Assembly: GCF_009914755.1 (NCBI RefSeq) | Contig: NC_060948.1 | DNA length: 64,000 nucleotides | Strand: one strand, 5' to 3' | Origin: the human T2T-CHM13v2.0 reference genome, Homo sapiens | In this document: piece by piece, positions 1 to 13,904 of the stretch | How the letters are laid out: every line of letters begins with the position of its first letter | Position numbering within the stretch: position 1 is the stretch's first letter | Translations under genes and position numbers: made by a program | Notes under the pieces: model-generated | Database searches by the model: none | Seen by the model: the letters and a program-made list of their open reading frames with translations, nothing else | What the model was told of the DNA's origin: nothing

Positions 1-1057
1 CTAAAACGTTAAGGTTTACAATGCATTTTGTTTTACCCTGAAGTGGGTAGCCATTACTCCAACTGTATTAATTTGGATGTGTTTGAGGATTAAATCCATA
101 ATGTCTGGAACACAGTGTATAGTCATATCTTATTCTTCCTATCTTGTGGGTAGCTGATCCATAACATTTTGAAGAGTTTTGTCACGGATTCATGGGTATA
201 AATGTGAAATAAGTGAAACTAGTATGTATCTTGAGTATCCTTTATTCTTGCTAGACACAATGTCATGGATGCAGTACCTCCCACAAAGTTTTATGGATCT
301 CTTCTTCACTAATAAACTATGGCAGAGCTCCAAATTAGTAAAACTCCTCAGAGGAGTTCTACTTTGGGATTCCTGGAGCCTAGGTTTCTGTTCTTTCTAC
401 AAATTACGGATTCCATTATTTGGTGACAAATCATCTATTTAGTAGCAGTATGTGTTGAATGGTTGTGTAAAGTAAAACTAATAAGCTTTCTAGGATGGAA
501 AATATTTAAAAAAAAAGATTGTCAAATGAGTCTACTTTTAACAATGGTAACAGAAACTAGCAAGTGCATATGTTGAAGGCAATAACATGCAGAACCTTTT
601 TGTGGTTTCAGAGGAAAAGATGGCAACCCAACCTCAGCATGATAGCGTGCTTAACTTCAGTAGGATAGTGTTTGTATTTTTAGGTACAGTGTAATTTCAA
701 CTTTTTTGGGTTGGTAATTACAATTAAGGTAGGTTCATGAATAATCCTTGATGAATGAAAATCAATATCTTATATATAAAAATGATACTACTAGTCATGT
801 ATTTAGGAATTACAAAATTTGTTCCCTACTGTCAGATATTCATTACCTACAATGAAAACTGTTAAAGAGCACACTTTTCAAAGCAAATGTAAGTCTGTCT
901 CTGGTTGTATTCATGTGATTGATACGCAATGATTCCTTCTCTCCTAAAGGCTTCTAATGGAGAGAGATCTTTATTGAGGCATATATTAAAATATACTCCT
1001 GATATAACATTATTTATGTCAATATTAAGAAGAATTTTGGGAGGTATTTGTAGTTCG

Positions 1058-1438
<381 letters not shown>

Positions 1439-2068
1439 TGTAGTTATTTCAATATGCACTAAATAATTTTAACTTAAGGTAACTTCATATTTCTTTGTAA
1501 CATTAAAGAGTCTTTGGATCCAACTTTAAATCTTGAATACAGTTTATTTAACTATTTAGAGTAAGAACAGATATATTTAAGGTAATAATATTGGTTCAAA
1601 TGTATAATTTATGACAGAACATATGCTCTCTACACTGACCATTTCGCAGTTACCTTGTGAAAGATCATAAAGCACCATGGACAAATTCAGGATTCTGTCC
1701 TTGTGTCCTGATTGTTCTTGCTGGGCCTTCCTCCAAATCCTGACTGCCTCACTGACATTCAAGTTTGAGTGGGGCACTGTACATGGTATAAGCAATAAAA
1801 GCTGACCTGCAACTAAAAAAAACATTAATCATATAATCTTATTCACTGTCTTTGTACCACATTATGATACTAATCCCGCTGGGCATAGTTCACTTTCTGC
1901 AATCCTCTTGAATAAGGTCTTTGTTAATAGTTTTCCATGGAAACTTACTTGATCTGGGAAATATATTCCTCTTTGAAATTTAGTTGTGTATATCTGTGAT
2001 GTGTTGATTAATTGCTGGCTCTTTTGCTGCAAGCAACTATGCATGAGATCGAAGCAAAATTACCAAAA

Positions 2069-2350
2069 CACCAGGTGTGATGGCTCACATCTGTATTCTC
2101 AGCACTTTGTGAGGCTGAGTCAGGTGGATAACTTGAGGTCAGGAGTTCGTAACCAGCCTGGGTAATATGGAAAAACCCCGTGTCTACTACAAATACAAAA
2201 ATCAGCCAGACATGATGGTGAATGAAGCCTTTTGTCCAGCTACTCAGGAGGCTGAGACAGAAGAATCACTTGAACTCAAAGGTAGAGATTGCAGTGAGGT
2301 GGGATCATGCCACTGCACTCCAACCCTGTGAGACTCTGTCTCAAAAATAT
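2069..2350 (+). mobile_element. Diverged Alu
   Basis: ccaggtgtgatggctcacatctgtattctcagcactttg...gagactctgtctcaaaa; dimeric structure with central A-rich linker. Confidence 0.9.
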
Positions 2351-3711
2351 ATATATAATAAAATATAAAAGCTCCAGGATATCATCTTGCCTATGTATCA
2401 TACATCATCATTTAAAGAACAGAACACCTATTTATATAAATGAGACTATACCAGCAATAATATTAAATATAAAAGTTTGATTTTTAAGTTCATTATTAAA
2501 AGGAGCCTTAAGAAGGTGCAGAATGGATAAAGTTCAAATGTGTATCTTTATTAAAATAGGAATAAATTTTTGGATCAAAAGATGAATTAATGTCAGAATT
2601 TGTCAGATGGAATCTCAATATATATGATACTGTGTATTAATACTTTGGCACAGGTGTTTGGAAATTTTGTGACAAAAAGAAAAAATGTAGCATATCAACT
2701 TACCTTGTATTTAACAAAAAATAATCTCTTCATTATATAATATAAACATATTTATATTATATTATATTATATATTTAATATTTAAATATTTAATATTTCA
2801 TGCTTATTTGAATTATAATAAATTTGCCATGGAGAATATTTAAGTGTGTGTGTGTGTTTGAGAGAGGAGATTTCTTATCGTAAAATGGATTATGTTACTA
2901 AATTATTTCAAATTATTTTTAAAAAGGTATACATTTTCCCATAATAATAATGCCACAAGAATTGGAAAGATACATAACAATCTTTGTAATTTCAGGATCC
3001 AACATTAATAAACTCTGACAGGCAAGACATAATTCACTTTGACTCTAAAATGAGTAGGAAGATGGTTAGAAGAGTGGAGGAATACAGCCAGTGGAAGTGA
3101 GAAAAAGATCTGACAACTGAACACCTCTAATATCAGGAGCAAGGGATAAAGCTTTCCGGGTATGGATTTCTAGTAGAAAGGTAACATGTAAAGTCACTTG
3201 CAATCTAATTGTTCACAGAATAAAAACCACCTAACGGCTTATTATTTAAAATTAATAGTCCTGTTGCTTAGCACATATTCATACTTTCCATGGCAGAATT
3301 GTGCTTTCCTATTCCTTTGCTTCCTCTTAGGGGTTAATGGGATGCCCAGACATGAAAAACAAGGAAGGTCTTGAAATGTGTTTGGCAATTGAACTTACGC
3401 TCTTGCCTTCCTGCTTTTCTTTATAAGGAGAAAATAACTTAGCTGTAGGTTTAAAGAGAAAGCATTAGAATCAACTGAGACAAAACCAATTCCAACTAAG
3501 CTTAGAAGAGTAAAAAATCCCTCTTTTTCTGCAGTTACAAAGGCAAAAATACATGCTTACTATAAAATGCTACCAAGTTTTGGTATGGGTAATTATGCAG
3601 CATTATTACTGCATATAATATGTAAAGAGTATAACTTTTATACTCTTTAGCTAAAAAAAGTAGTTTTGCCAAACAAGCATTTGGTACAGAAAGTGTTAGA
3701 CTAAGGTCTAT

Positions 3712-3856
3712 ACAGAAAAATTAAAAGTGAGTAATATTAACAAGAATATTGATGATAACCTCAGTAGCAATAACAGTTAAAACAGAAAATTAGAAGTAAG
3801 TAACATTAACAAGAACAGCAATGATAACCTCAATAGCAATAACAATTAAAACAGAA
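3712..3856. repeat. Two-copy ~70 bp tandem duplication
   Basis: acagaaaa(a)tta(a/g)aagt(g/a)agtaa(t/c)attaacaagaa...atgataacctca(g/a)tagcaataaca(g/a)ttaaa occurs twice. Confidence 0.85.
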
Positions 3857-4271
3857 GTGTCTTACTTACATTATCTCATTTTATATAAAAAAGAAACAAT
3901 TCACATTGTGCATTGGAATGCTTTTAAACTCCCACTTTTTTTATTTTAAAATACTATATTTCCATGTAAATGGAGTCTTGCATTTTTCACTCAAATCAGT
4001 GAGACATCCCTTTATTGTGGTTGAACTGCTCTTATCTGCATATGTGGGAATAAATCTTGTCCTAGTTTACAGTTTCTTGAATGAAACAGCAGTAATAACA
4101 ACAACAAGATGTCCTCATCACTGATGCTATGTATGACTTTTTTAAAAAAATCAGTGTTATTTTCTCTATGTTTTGATTGGGCTGTTCTTAGCTTTTCAAA
4201 CAGGCTTTTCAATATCTGTCTTTAGAGAACATCTATCCTTGCCTTATCCTTTTGCTAGCATATAACATGAA

Positions 4272-4400
4272 GCAGGAGTGAGAGAGAGAGAGAGAGAGAA
4301 ACATACAGAGAGAAGCAAATAGAGAGAGAGTGAAACAGGAAAACAGAGAGAAAGAAATGGAGAGAGAGGGAGAGAAACAGAGAGAAAGAGATAAAGAGAT
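4272..4400. repeat. GA-rich microsatellite / low-complexity tract
   Basis: (GA)n runs visible directly. Confidence 0.9.
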
Positions 4401-5164
4401 TCTTCAAAAACAAGAAAGTATTTCTACATCTTAAAGAAAGCAAAATTTGCTGGTGGGTTTGAACTACGGAATGGAAACTGGTTCTATATGTTTAATTAGT
4501 TTCTAATTTCTCTGTAATCTCATCATGAGTCCCTAACAGGAAATAATATTGGCTATACATTTTGTACAATTAGGTGCTCATATATTAGATCATTCTGAAG
4601 GGGCTCACTAAATTATTTACTAAGCCTAATGTATTACTAATGCAAGTTAAACTCTATCTCTAGTGTAATTGTAAAACTCAATGAGTAAATAGTGCCCTGT
4701 GATCATCATGGGCTTGTTATTAGAGGTAAGTGAATCGAGTGCCTCGCGCAATATCTATAATGAAATACCGTATCAACTTGCCCTGATCCATTAAAGGAAT
4801 GAGGGTTTACATCATATTCCACACAAGGAAAAATTGTTAATTGCTTCATTTTCCCTAACATAAGCCACAAAGAATAACAACAACAACAAAAACAAAAATA
4901 GATTCATTCTGTCTTAGTTCTAGTCCAAAAATTAAATCAAACCTTGAGCTTTTCTGTAAATTCCCGACTCCCTAACAAAAATAACTTTATCTTTGCCTTC
5001 GAAATGTTCATACATAGAAATGGAAGAATATTATCTAATTTAACAATAATTCAAAGAAGTGATTAATTGTCCATCATGAACATTACAAATGCAATAAATT
5101 AAATATCTAGTCATTTTTTTTAAATTTTAGAGCAAATTCTGTTTTTATTTTTATTCATTTCATT

Positions 5165-6125
<961 letters not shown>

Positions 6126-6589
6126 TTGATATCTGTTGTAAAGCTCAGTTGATAAGCAATATTGTCTTCCTGGAATGCTTTATGTTTACAAAACAATGAT
6201 AGCACTATTATTTAGCCCCTTTGGATAAAATACGGTAACACACAAAACATATATACACATACACATACACAGACACAGACACAGTCAGTGATCAAAAAAC
6301 CAGTGTAGGCCAGGACCTAAAATGAAAGATGAGTTGCTGTAGTTGACTAGAATTAAACCAGACCAGAGTTAACCCACACCCAGCCAAAAGATGTGAACAG
6401 GGGCTTCAAAAAACTCCATCAGATACATGTCAGATTACTCTCCAGCCATAGCAAAGGGACATGAAAGATCTGTTGTGTTTAGAAGAGTCTTGATGGTTTG
6501 ACTTTTCCAAGGTATTAGCATTCATGACGTTGACCTTTAAAGCTCTCCGCAATTACACAAATCAGTAGACAACTCAGTTTTTCTAGGAG

Positions 6590-7122
6590 TCTAAAGTGCT
6601 TTTCAAAATTATCTAAAACTTAGTGGCTTAAAACAATAATTATAATTTACTAACTTCAGTCTCTGCAATCTTCCACAGTCTCTCAGCCAAATGATTGTGG
6701 TTCAGGGGTACTCAGGAGGATGCAATCTAATGATGGCTTAGGATGGGGACATTGTCAGGTGTCTTCTCATCTCCCTGGTGTCATGGCTAGCATGACTCAA
6801 ATAGCAGGAGCTGGACTGCTGAGATCCTCAGGCATCTGCTTCTATTTGTATGAGTCTCTCCATAGGATGTTCCTTCTACATAGTGTTATCAGGGTGTTAG
6901 ACTTCCTGATGTACTGGTCTGGGACTCCTGAGGGGTTATTCCCCATGAGAGCAGGAGACTTAGGCAGAGCTGTGTCACCTTTTCTAACCTAGGCCAGGGG
7001 TGGCCAGTATCCAGAAAATGCTTGCACTGTTTCCTATTAATTAGAAGCAAATACTGTGTTCAGTCCCAACAGGAATATTTTGAAATGGGTTTGCAAAGAA
7101 TTTCAGTGTTTAAAACCACTAC
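6590..7122. mobile_element. MLT1-type MaLR LTR remnant
   Basis: aaaacttagtggcttaaaacaa motif near one end and tttaaaaccactaca at the other, both typical of MLT1 LTRs (recalled). Confidence 0.6.
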
Positions 7123-9519
7123 AGTGATCATGCCTAATAATTACTTATTTTTATAAGTGCTGGATGGGTTTTACCCAACATAATAACAGATACAGACTTT
7201 TCAGCTTAAAACTTAAATGTCATAGCTCTGAACATTTGGTTGAAATAACATATGTTGAAATAACTCTCAAGCAAAAGTTTATTTTGAAATGAGAGCTATA
7301 AATAAATAAAATAAATGAGATAAACTCATAAATATCTGGATGAAATGCTTATGAAGAGGTCAGCCTTAAAAAAGTCAATAGGTCTAATGTGCCACTCTTT
7401 TACTATTTCTATGAATATGACTTGGACAGGAGGGCAAGGACTCAGGGGTCTTCTGAACTGTCTCTGCACCTTGAAACAGTGGCTGGGGCACCAGGAGTAA
7501 CACTTCCAGCCAACACCATGTGGTGAGGATGAGGAGTCCATCCGGGTTAAGGAGGGTGTCAGCATAATGTTACTTGAAGGAGAGGCGACCAGGATCAAGA
7601 TCTCCGGCACACATTGAAATCCCCCATGCCCAGCTGTGGCGGACTGATTCCCTTAGCTTGTGCTGGGCTAACAGGTGTGTTCAGGAAGCATCTCCCTTGC
7701 CTGGGAAGGATCCCCCGCTTCCCTTGCTATCAGGAAGGGTGAGGCTTGTGGCCTCTGCTCTATCTGTTCCAGCTCTTTCCCTTTCCATTATAGCACTGCT
7801 GGGTAAGGTGGCAGGACCCCAGAATGTGGAAGGGCCCTGGGCTGTTGACAGTGCCTGTGGGTGGCCAGGTACTAGGAGGAGAGTCCTCACTGAGCCTCCC
7901 GTGAGCTTGGAGGCTGGGAAGGAACATTCGTGGGGCACTGGCCAGTCCAGAGTTCAGGGGCCTATCTGGAGAAGGCCAGGGCGATGTTGTAAGGCTGTGG
8001 ATCTACAATCTAGATGGAAGAGTTGTATCTGCCATGGCTGACATCATCAGGGCAAGACACCAACTGAGTGGAAAGCTGGACTTATGCATTTTATCCCTGT
8101 CCTGAAGAGACACTGCCTGGCTCTCCTGGGACCACTGATACTGGGGACCCCCTCTGGGTCCACTTATGACCATAAGCTTAGGATCTTCTATGCCTTGCTT
8201 CCTATCCACCCAGCTGAGGTATCCTGGAGACGATGTACGGGGCGAAGCTGTTGTGTGCACATGCTGCACTGGAATGGGGTATCATTGGCCAGTTAGGCCA
8301 CTGCTCCCCAGGCCCTCTCCTGAGCTCCCACCTGGCTAAATGATAACTGTAACATCTACCTCGCCCTGCAGCCCAGGTTTCTCCTCCACCTACTGACCCA
8401 TGCCCACTTGGGGAAAATGCCAGCCTCCCTGGAGACTCAGGCCCTGCCAGACCCACCTGCTGTCCTCCTCTCTCATGGGCCAGACACTCTCTGGTGCACA
8501 GGGATTCAGGAACAGCAAATACAAAGCCCGGCAGGTTCCATTGCTTCTTTCCTGAATGCCCGCTTCCCTGGACGAACACACAGGAAGACTTGGGCAGCAG
8601 CTAGGTTTTATTTCCCTCTGGATGTCATTTCAAGTTCATGACATCTCCTCTAGGTAGCTCATGCCAGCCATCCTTTCCCTCCTCCCTCTGCCATTTGTGA
8701 GAACCATGAGGACTCTTCACAGCTCCCACGTGTGCAGGCTTCACAGGTCCTGAAGTTGGATCACCAAACCCAGCAGCCCCTAAGCCAAGGTACACAAAGG
8801 TACACAGCCACAGGTGTGCACATGCATGCACTAGCTCAGACATGCAGGCTAGAATGTGCCCACACTCATACTGGTACAAGGGAAACAGGGTGTCTACACC
8901 AATAATCAGATGGGACTTAATGTTCAGCCACATTCCCTCGCTGGATACACGTAAAAGGTCCCCTGCGATTTAACTGTTCATCTGCAGTAGGATTTACTAT
9001 TACTTTTATACTTTTACAACTTACCAAAGTATGTTGCATTCTTTCCCCCATCATGAAAAAAGGCTTTGATAAAAGTAAGAAAGCTGAGCATTTTTTGTAA
9101 TAAAATTCTTATCTGTATCTATACTATTAAGTCATTTAAAAATATTACATCTTTTTTTTAATGTCATAGGAAATGTCTCAGGGGCAGGGGAAGCATGAGT
9201 GAGGATGGCAGAGGGGAGAAAGCATGTGAAGGGAGCCTGGAGTCATTGAAACAAAACATGACAGGACTGGGATAGCCATTCTAGAAGGACATAGACCTAG
9301 GTGTGCCTCATGTGCACTTCTGTGTGGACGGTAAGAGGGCGCTAGCTGAGCACAAACTGAACCCCGGCTGGTAGCAATCCTCAAGGCGTGGAAGAGAGGC
9401 AAGGAAGGATAATATGGCAGCTATCTGTTGATCCTTGCTTTGCACCAATTGACCTTCACCACTTCTCCTTTTTAGGCAACTTCAGGTTCCCCAATTCTGA
9501 GACATGAGTGTTACAGTTC

Positions 9520-12250
9520 CCTGATGAGCCTTTCTCCCCTAGCCCAAAGATGGCCTGGGATTTATCACTGCAGGCTCCTCCCTGAGACTTGAGTTCTCTA
9601 TGTGTGTCCCAGCTCCAGGACCCACAGGCCTCTAAGCCTCCAGCCCTGGGATCTTTACCTGGCCTCCTCTCTGTTCCCTCTTTGAGGGCCTAACTCCTTC
9701 CAGCAGTGCTGCAGGGGATTGAGACAGAGGCCCTGGGTGATATACTGGGTGACTGGGGAAAGGGGTCTATGACTGATCATGTCATGGTTCAAAGCCAATT
9801 CCACAGATGCCAAGGAAAGACTAGCAAGATCCTTTCCCATGACACCCCTCAGCGGTGCCCACCTCAGCAATCCTGGCTGACTTTGAGTGATCACGGTCAG
9901 CCAACCAGCTGAAGAAGCTCAGTTAGGCTGTGTCCTGCCTGAAGCTGGCGGCTTCTGCTGCATGACTCTAGAACCACTGGGCTATAGTCATGCCAGACAT
10001 CCTGTATCCTGGAGCAAGAGGAGTTGGGAAGGCTCATGCCAGGCCTAGCCTCCCACACTCCACCCCCGCTGCCATGCCAATAGGCACTTCTTATAGATGA
10101 TGCCAACCTGATACTCCTTAATGATCACTTCATTGCAGAAATAAAGGCTGTGACAAAAGGAAAACTTTGTCCTGCTGCCAGTACCCTGGATGACTGTTTC
10201 TCCACGTGCCAGTCCAAGAAGAAGAGAACAGACTCAAAGGGATCATTTCATCTTGCTAGGCTGAGGGCCTGCTGGCTAGGATGAAGCATGCATTTCCCCT
10301 TCCCAGCTCTCCCAGTGAGACACCCCTGGACCCCAGGAGGACCTCAACCTGACCGGGACCCTTGACCCCTCCCCCAGACCCAGGATCCCCAGCCTCATCT
10401 GCAAATCCATCATGTAGCTTACTTAGCAGGACTTCCTCATGGTTTCTTTCTTTCCTTCTTTTCTTTTCTCTTTTTCTTTTCTTTTCTTTTCTTTCTTTAG
10501 ATGGAGTCTCACTCTGGCTAGAATGCAGTGGCGGGATCTCAGCTCACTGCTAGCTCCACTTCCCAGGTTCACGCCTGCCTCAGCCTCCCCAGTACCTGGG
10601 ACTACAGGTGTCCACCACCAGCCTGGCTAATTTTTTGTATTTTTAGTAGAGACTGTGTTTCACTGTATTAGCCAGGATGGTCTGGATCTCCTGATCTCCT
10701 GATCCGCCCACACTGGCCTCCCAAAGTGCTGGGATTACAGGTGTGACCCACCGTGCCCAGCCTCCTCATGATTTCTGAACCTGACTGACATCTTGGTGTG
10801 CAGCACAATCTGCCTCTGGTGAAGGAGGCTCGAGATGATTGGGTGGACATGCCAGGAAACATCCTGCAACTTTGCAAGAGCTGGGAGAGTGTTGGGCAGG
10901 GTTATACCCCAGATCTTTGGCCTGGCACTGTGCATTGGTGGTCCTGTCTCTGTCCGGCATGTGGGGGCATAGTAGCAGGAGTGTTGTTCTTGTGGGTGGG
11001 TGGAGGGAGGCCCAGAAAGCCTCTGCCAACATCGAGAGGGGAGCACGAGTAGGCAGGGCATTGGGTGTGGGGTGCTGTGGTGTGACGCAGCTGTTTCCTC
11101 AGAGTTCCTGAGCTGCACCTGGCACTTGTGTGCTCAGTGCTGGACAGGCTATAGTAAGGGTGTCCAGGTGTGTGGTCCCCTCTTCTGGTCTCCCTGAGGG
11201 GTGGGCGTCTCCATTTGAGGTAACCACTGTGGGTAGAAGGGACTGCAGGGCTGTGACTGGAACACTCCAGGGGGCTCGCGTGTGCAGCGGAGGCATGTGT
11301 GCAATGGAGGTTTTATATGCTCAGGAACTACAGCTCTTTGATTGCAGTGCAGGCAGAGGGAAGAAAGCATGTCTAGGAAGCTGGTGCCTGCCTTGCAGAG
11401 GATGGCATCCCCATGTACCGTGAACCCAGGTCTTGAGCACCTTGTGTTTCTGGAGTGAGGTTGCTGGACACCAACACGGGGAGTGGGAGTGGTTCTATGG
11501 CTGGCGTGGGCATGCAGACTCCCTTTTTCCAAGGACTTTTCCAGGGAAACGTGCCCTTCATCTTGCTGTGCGTGAAGGGTCCTTGGAGCCACTGTTCTCA
11601 CTTGTGAGTGCTGAGATTGGCTCCCAGTCCCTACCACGTACTCTCAGTGCACCCGCAAGCAAGCTGCCCTCCTATCTGCAGGACGCTGGCCTCGGCTCCC
11701 CTCTGTGTCCCCATGCCCTGCCTCCTGACTGACCCTGTATGCCTCCCGCCTGGCTCTGTTTCTCCCCACCCCCGGAAACCTGACGCCCATCCCCTGTTGT
11801 CGGTTATCCTCAATGGGCTGTTGCAAGGATATGGCTCTGGCCCAGAAGCGGGAGATGCCCTGGCTGATGGCCCCTGTGCCGTCCAGCCCGGGCAGGCGCC
11901 TCGGCCAAAACTTCCGCCTCAGCCGTGTGTCCCATGCAGCCTGGGGCATCCACAGAGTGCAGCTCCAAGTAAAGGACCTCCAGAGAGTCTGTTGCCTGCT
12001 GGGGCATGCTGGGGCCAGGGCCAGGCTGTGCCCGCTGGTAGTCCTTCTACTGCTCTATGTTGGCCTTCTCCTCGACTACTATCTGGACCACTGCCATGAT
12101 GTCGTCCAGCACCAGCACCTTCTCCCCGCCAAGGGCGCCTCTGCACTCTATACCCTGGCTGCTGTCTCCCGCAGAGCCTCCAATTTGAAAGGGGTTCCTC
12201 CTCTGGACTTCCCGCTGACCATGACGCGCACTGTCCACTCCACCTCCGAA
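9520..12250 (-). pseudogene. TSPY: Unprocessed, highly diverged TSPY-family (NAP/SET domain) pseudogene, 6 exons
   Basis: Exon 1 ~12250-11833 (GTPFKLEALRETAARV*..ALGGEKVLVLDDIMAVV..GISRFWARA vs TSPY GTAFRMEAVQEGAAGV..LGEEAVLLLDDIMAEV..SVPGFWANV). Exon 2 10809-10399 (IVLHTKMSVRFRNHEE..YMMDLQ, split by an Alu). Exon 3 10205-10095 (KFSFCHSLYFCNEVIIKEY). Exon 4 10008-9863, 146 nt (GYRMS..WF*..LSFFSWLAD..RIAE). Exon 5 9744-9659 (YITQGLCLNPLQH). Exon 6 from 9567. Carries stops, frameshifts and mutated splice sites. Confidence 0.9.
10448..10762 (-). mobile_element. Alu inserted in TSPY pseudogene exon 2
   Basis: Antisense Alu flanked by 14-bp TSD tcctcatg(g/a)tttct at 10434-10447 and 10763-10776. 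Confidence 0.93.
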
Positions 12251-12294
12251 TAATGTATCCTTAAAGTATCCTTTAAAAAAAAAAAACTTAAAAT

Positions 12295-12701
12295 CATTCC
12301 TATTTCACCACATCCTTTCCAATATCTATTGTTTCCTGACTTTTTAATGATCGCCATTCTAACTGCAATGAGATGGTATCTCATTGTGTTTGCAGGGTCA
12401 TGGATGAAGCTGAAAACCATCATACTAAGCAAACTATCACAAGGACAGAAAACCAAACACCACATGTTCTCTCTCATAAGTGGGAGTTGAACAATGAAAA
12501 CACATGGACACACAGTGGGTAACATCACCCTCCTGGGCCGGTTGGGGGATGGGGGTCTGGGGGAGGCATAGTATTAGAAGGAATACCTAATGTAAATGAT
12601 GAGTTCATGTGTGCAGCAAACCACCATGGCACATGTATCCCTATGTAATAAACCTGCACATTCTGCACTTGTACCCTAGAACATAAAGTATAATAAAAAA
12701 A
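12295..12701 (+). mobile_element. 5'-truncated, 5'-inverted L1PA fragment
   Basis: 12295-12388 is antisense L1 ORF2 end (MRYHL..RMAIIKKSGNNR on minus); 12389-12701 is sense L1 3' end/3'UTR ending taaagtataataaaaaaa. Confidence 0.85.
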
Positions 12702-13606
12702 TTAAAAGGAAAAATAGCTCTCCAAACCCTAAAACTGAATAGAAAATTAGTATCAAGTGGTCTAGAACGTAACTTACATGAAAATGTCACAAACATTTAG
12801 CAGATAGTTTCTAAATGCCACAATAAGCCTGGCAGTCAGCAAGAAGCTCAGAAAAACATGGTCTTTGCTCTTCTGAGTGTGCAGTTGTTACAGGCACATA
12901 GATAAATGAGGAATAATAAGTGTGTTAAGTGCTGTAATAGGCAAATACAGGAAATATAACTGGAAATAAGGGCAACAATTTTGATAAACAAAACGTTAAT
13001 ACATGATGAAATGTAAAAAAAAAAAAAAAAAAAAAAGAACAAAACTCATGACTTTAATAAATGTTGCCTTTTTCTTCCCTCCAGAAGAAAACTCATGCCT
13101 CTGCTTTATTGGCTGACATGTTCCTAAGAAGACTTAACAGCTCTGATTTGTATTAATCACATTTTCCTCAGTTATTAAACATGGGTTTAAAAATCCTTCG
13201 AAGGTCAAATGAAAATATTTGCTATTACTGTATAAACAGTCAAGTGCTACACAAATGTTATTCTCTCATGCTGTATTTATACCACATATATCACATGGTT
13301 AGTGTAGCATTCTCATAAAGGAAATCTTGAAATGTGTCTGCTGCTCCATTTTTATTTTTCAACTGTTTCAATCATTATTATTTGTTATATGATTTCTAGG
13401 GGCTTTTGAATTTTAAAGAAAATATGTATAAACGAAAAAGAGGACAATGAAATTTCGAGACTACAGTCATAATTTCATTGATTAATTCAATTGTTTGTAA
13501 AGCTAGATTAGATTATATTTCTCCCAAAAAATCCACTGAGAAATTCTAAGATTACGCACCTATTGTTTGAATGACTGTAAAGTTGTTGCTTAAGTTAGAG
13601 TTCACT

Positions 13607-13904
13607 ATTTTTTTTTTTTTTTTTTTTTTGAGACAAAGTCTTTCTCTCTTGCCCAGGCTGATACGGTGTGGCACAGGATCTCAGCTCACTGCAAACTCCG
13701 CCTCCCAGGTTCTCCTGCCTCAGCCTGATGAGTTGCTGGGACTACAGGTACCTGCCACCACAGCCGGCTAATTTTTTGTATTTTTTAATAGAGACGGGGT
13801 TTCACAGTGTTAGCCAGGATGGCCTCAATCTCCTGACTTTGTGATCCACCTGCCTTGGCCTCCCAAAGTGTTGGGATTACAGGTGTGAGCCACTGCTCCA
13901 GGCC
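13607..13904 (-). mobile_element. Alu (S/Y-type)
   Basis: Poly-T then antisense Alu; degenerate TSD agagtt(c/a)a(c/t)ta. Confidence 0.92.

Noticed and set aside
2996-3180. Plus-strand block with AG/GT boundaries
   Set aside because: The frame examined has stops, there is no recognisable homology, and such motifs occur by chance in AT-rich DNA
11149-12253. Several 140-160 aa ORFs over the GC-rich region
   Set aside because: Antisense or off-frame readings of TSPY pseudogene exon 1 and intron 1
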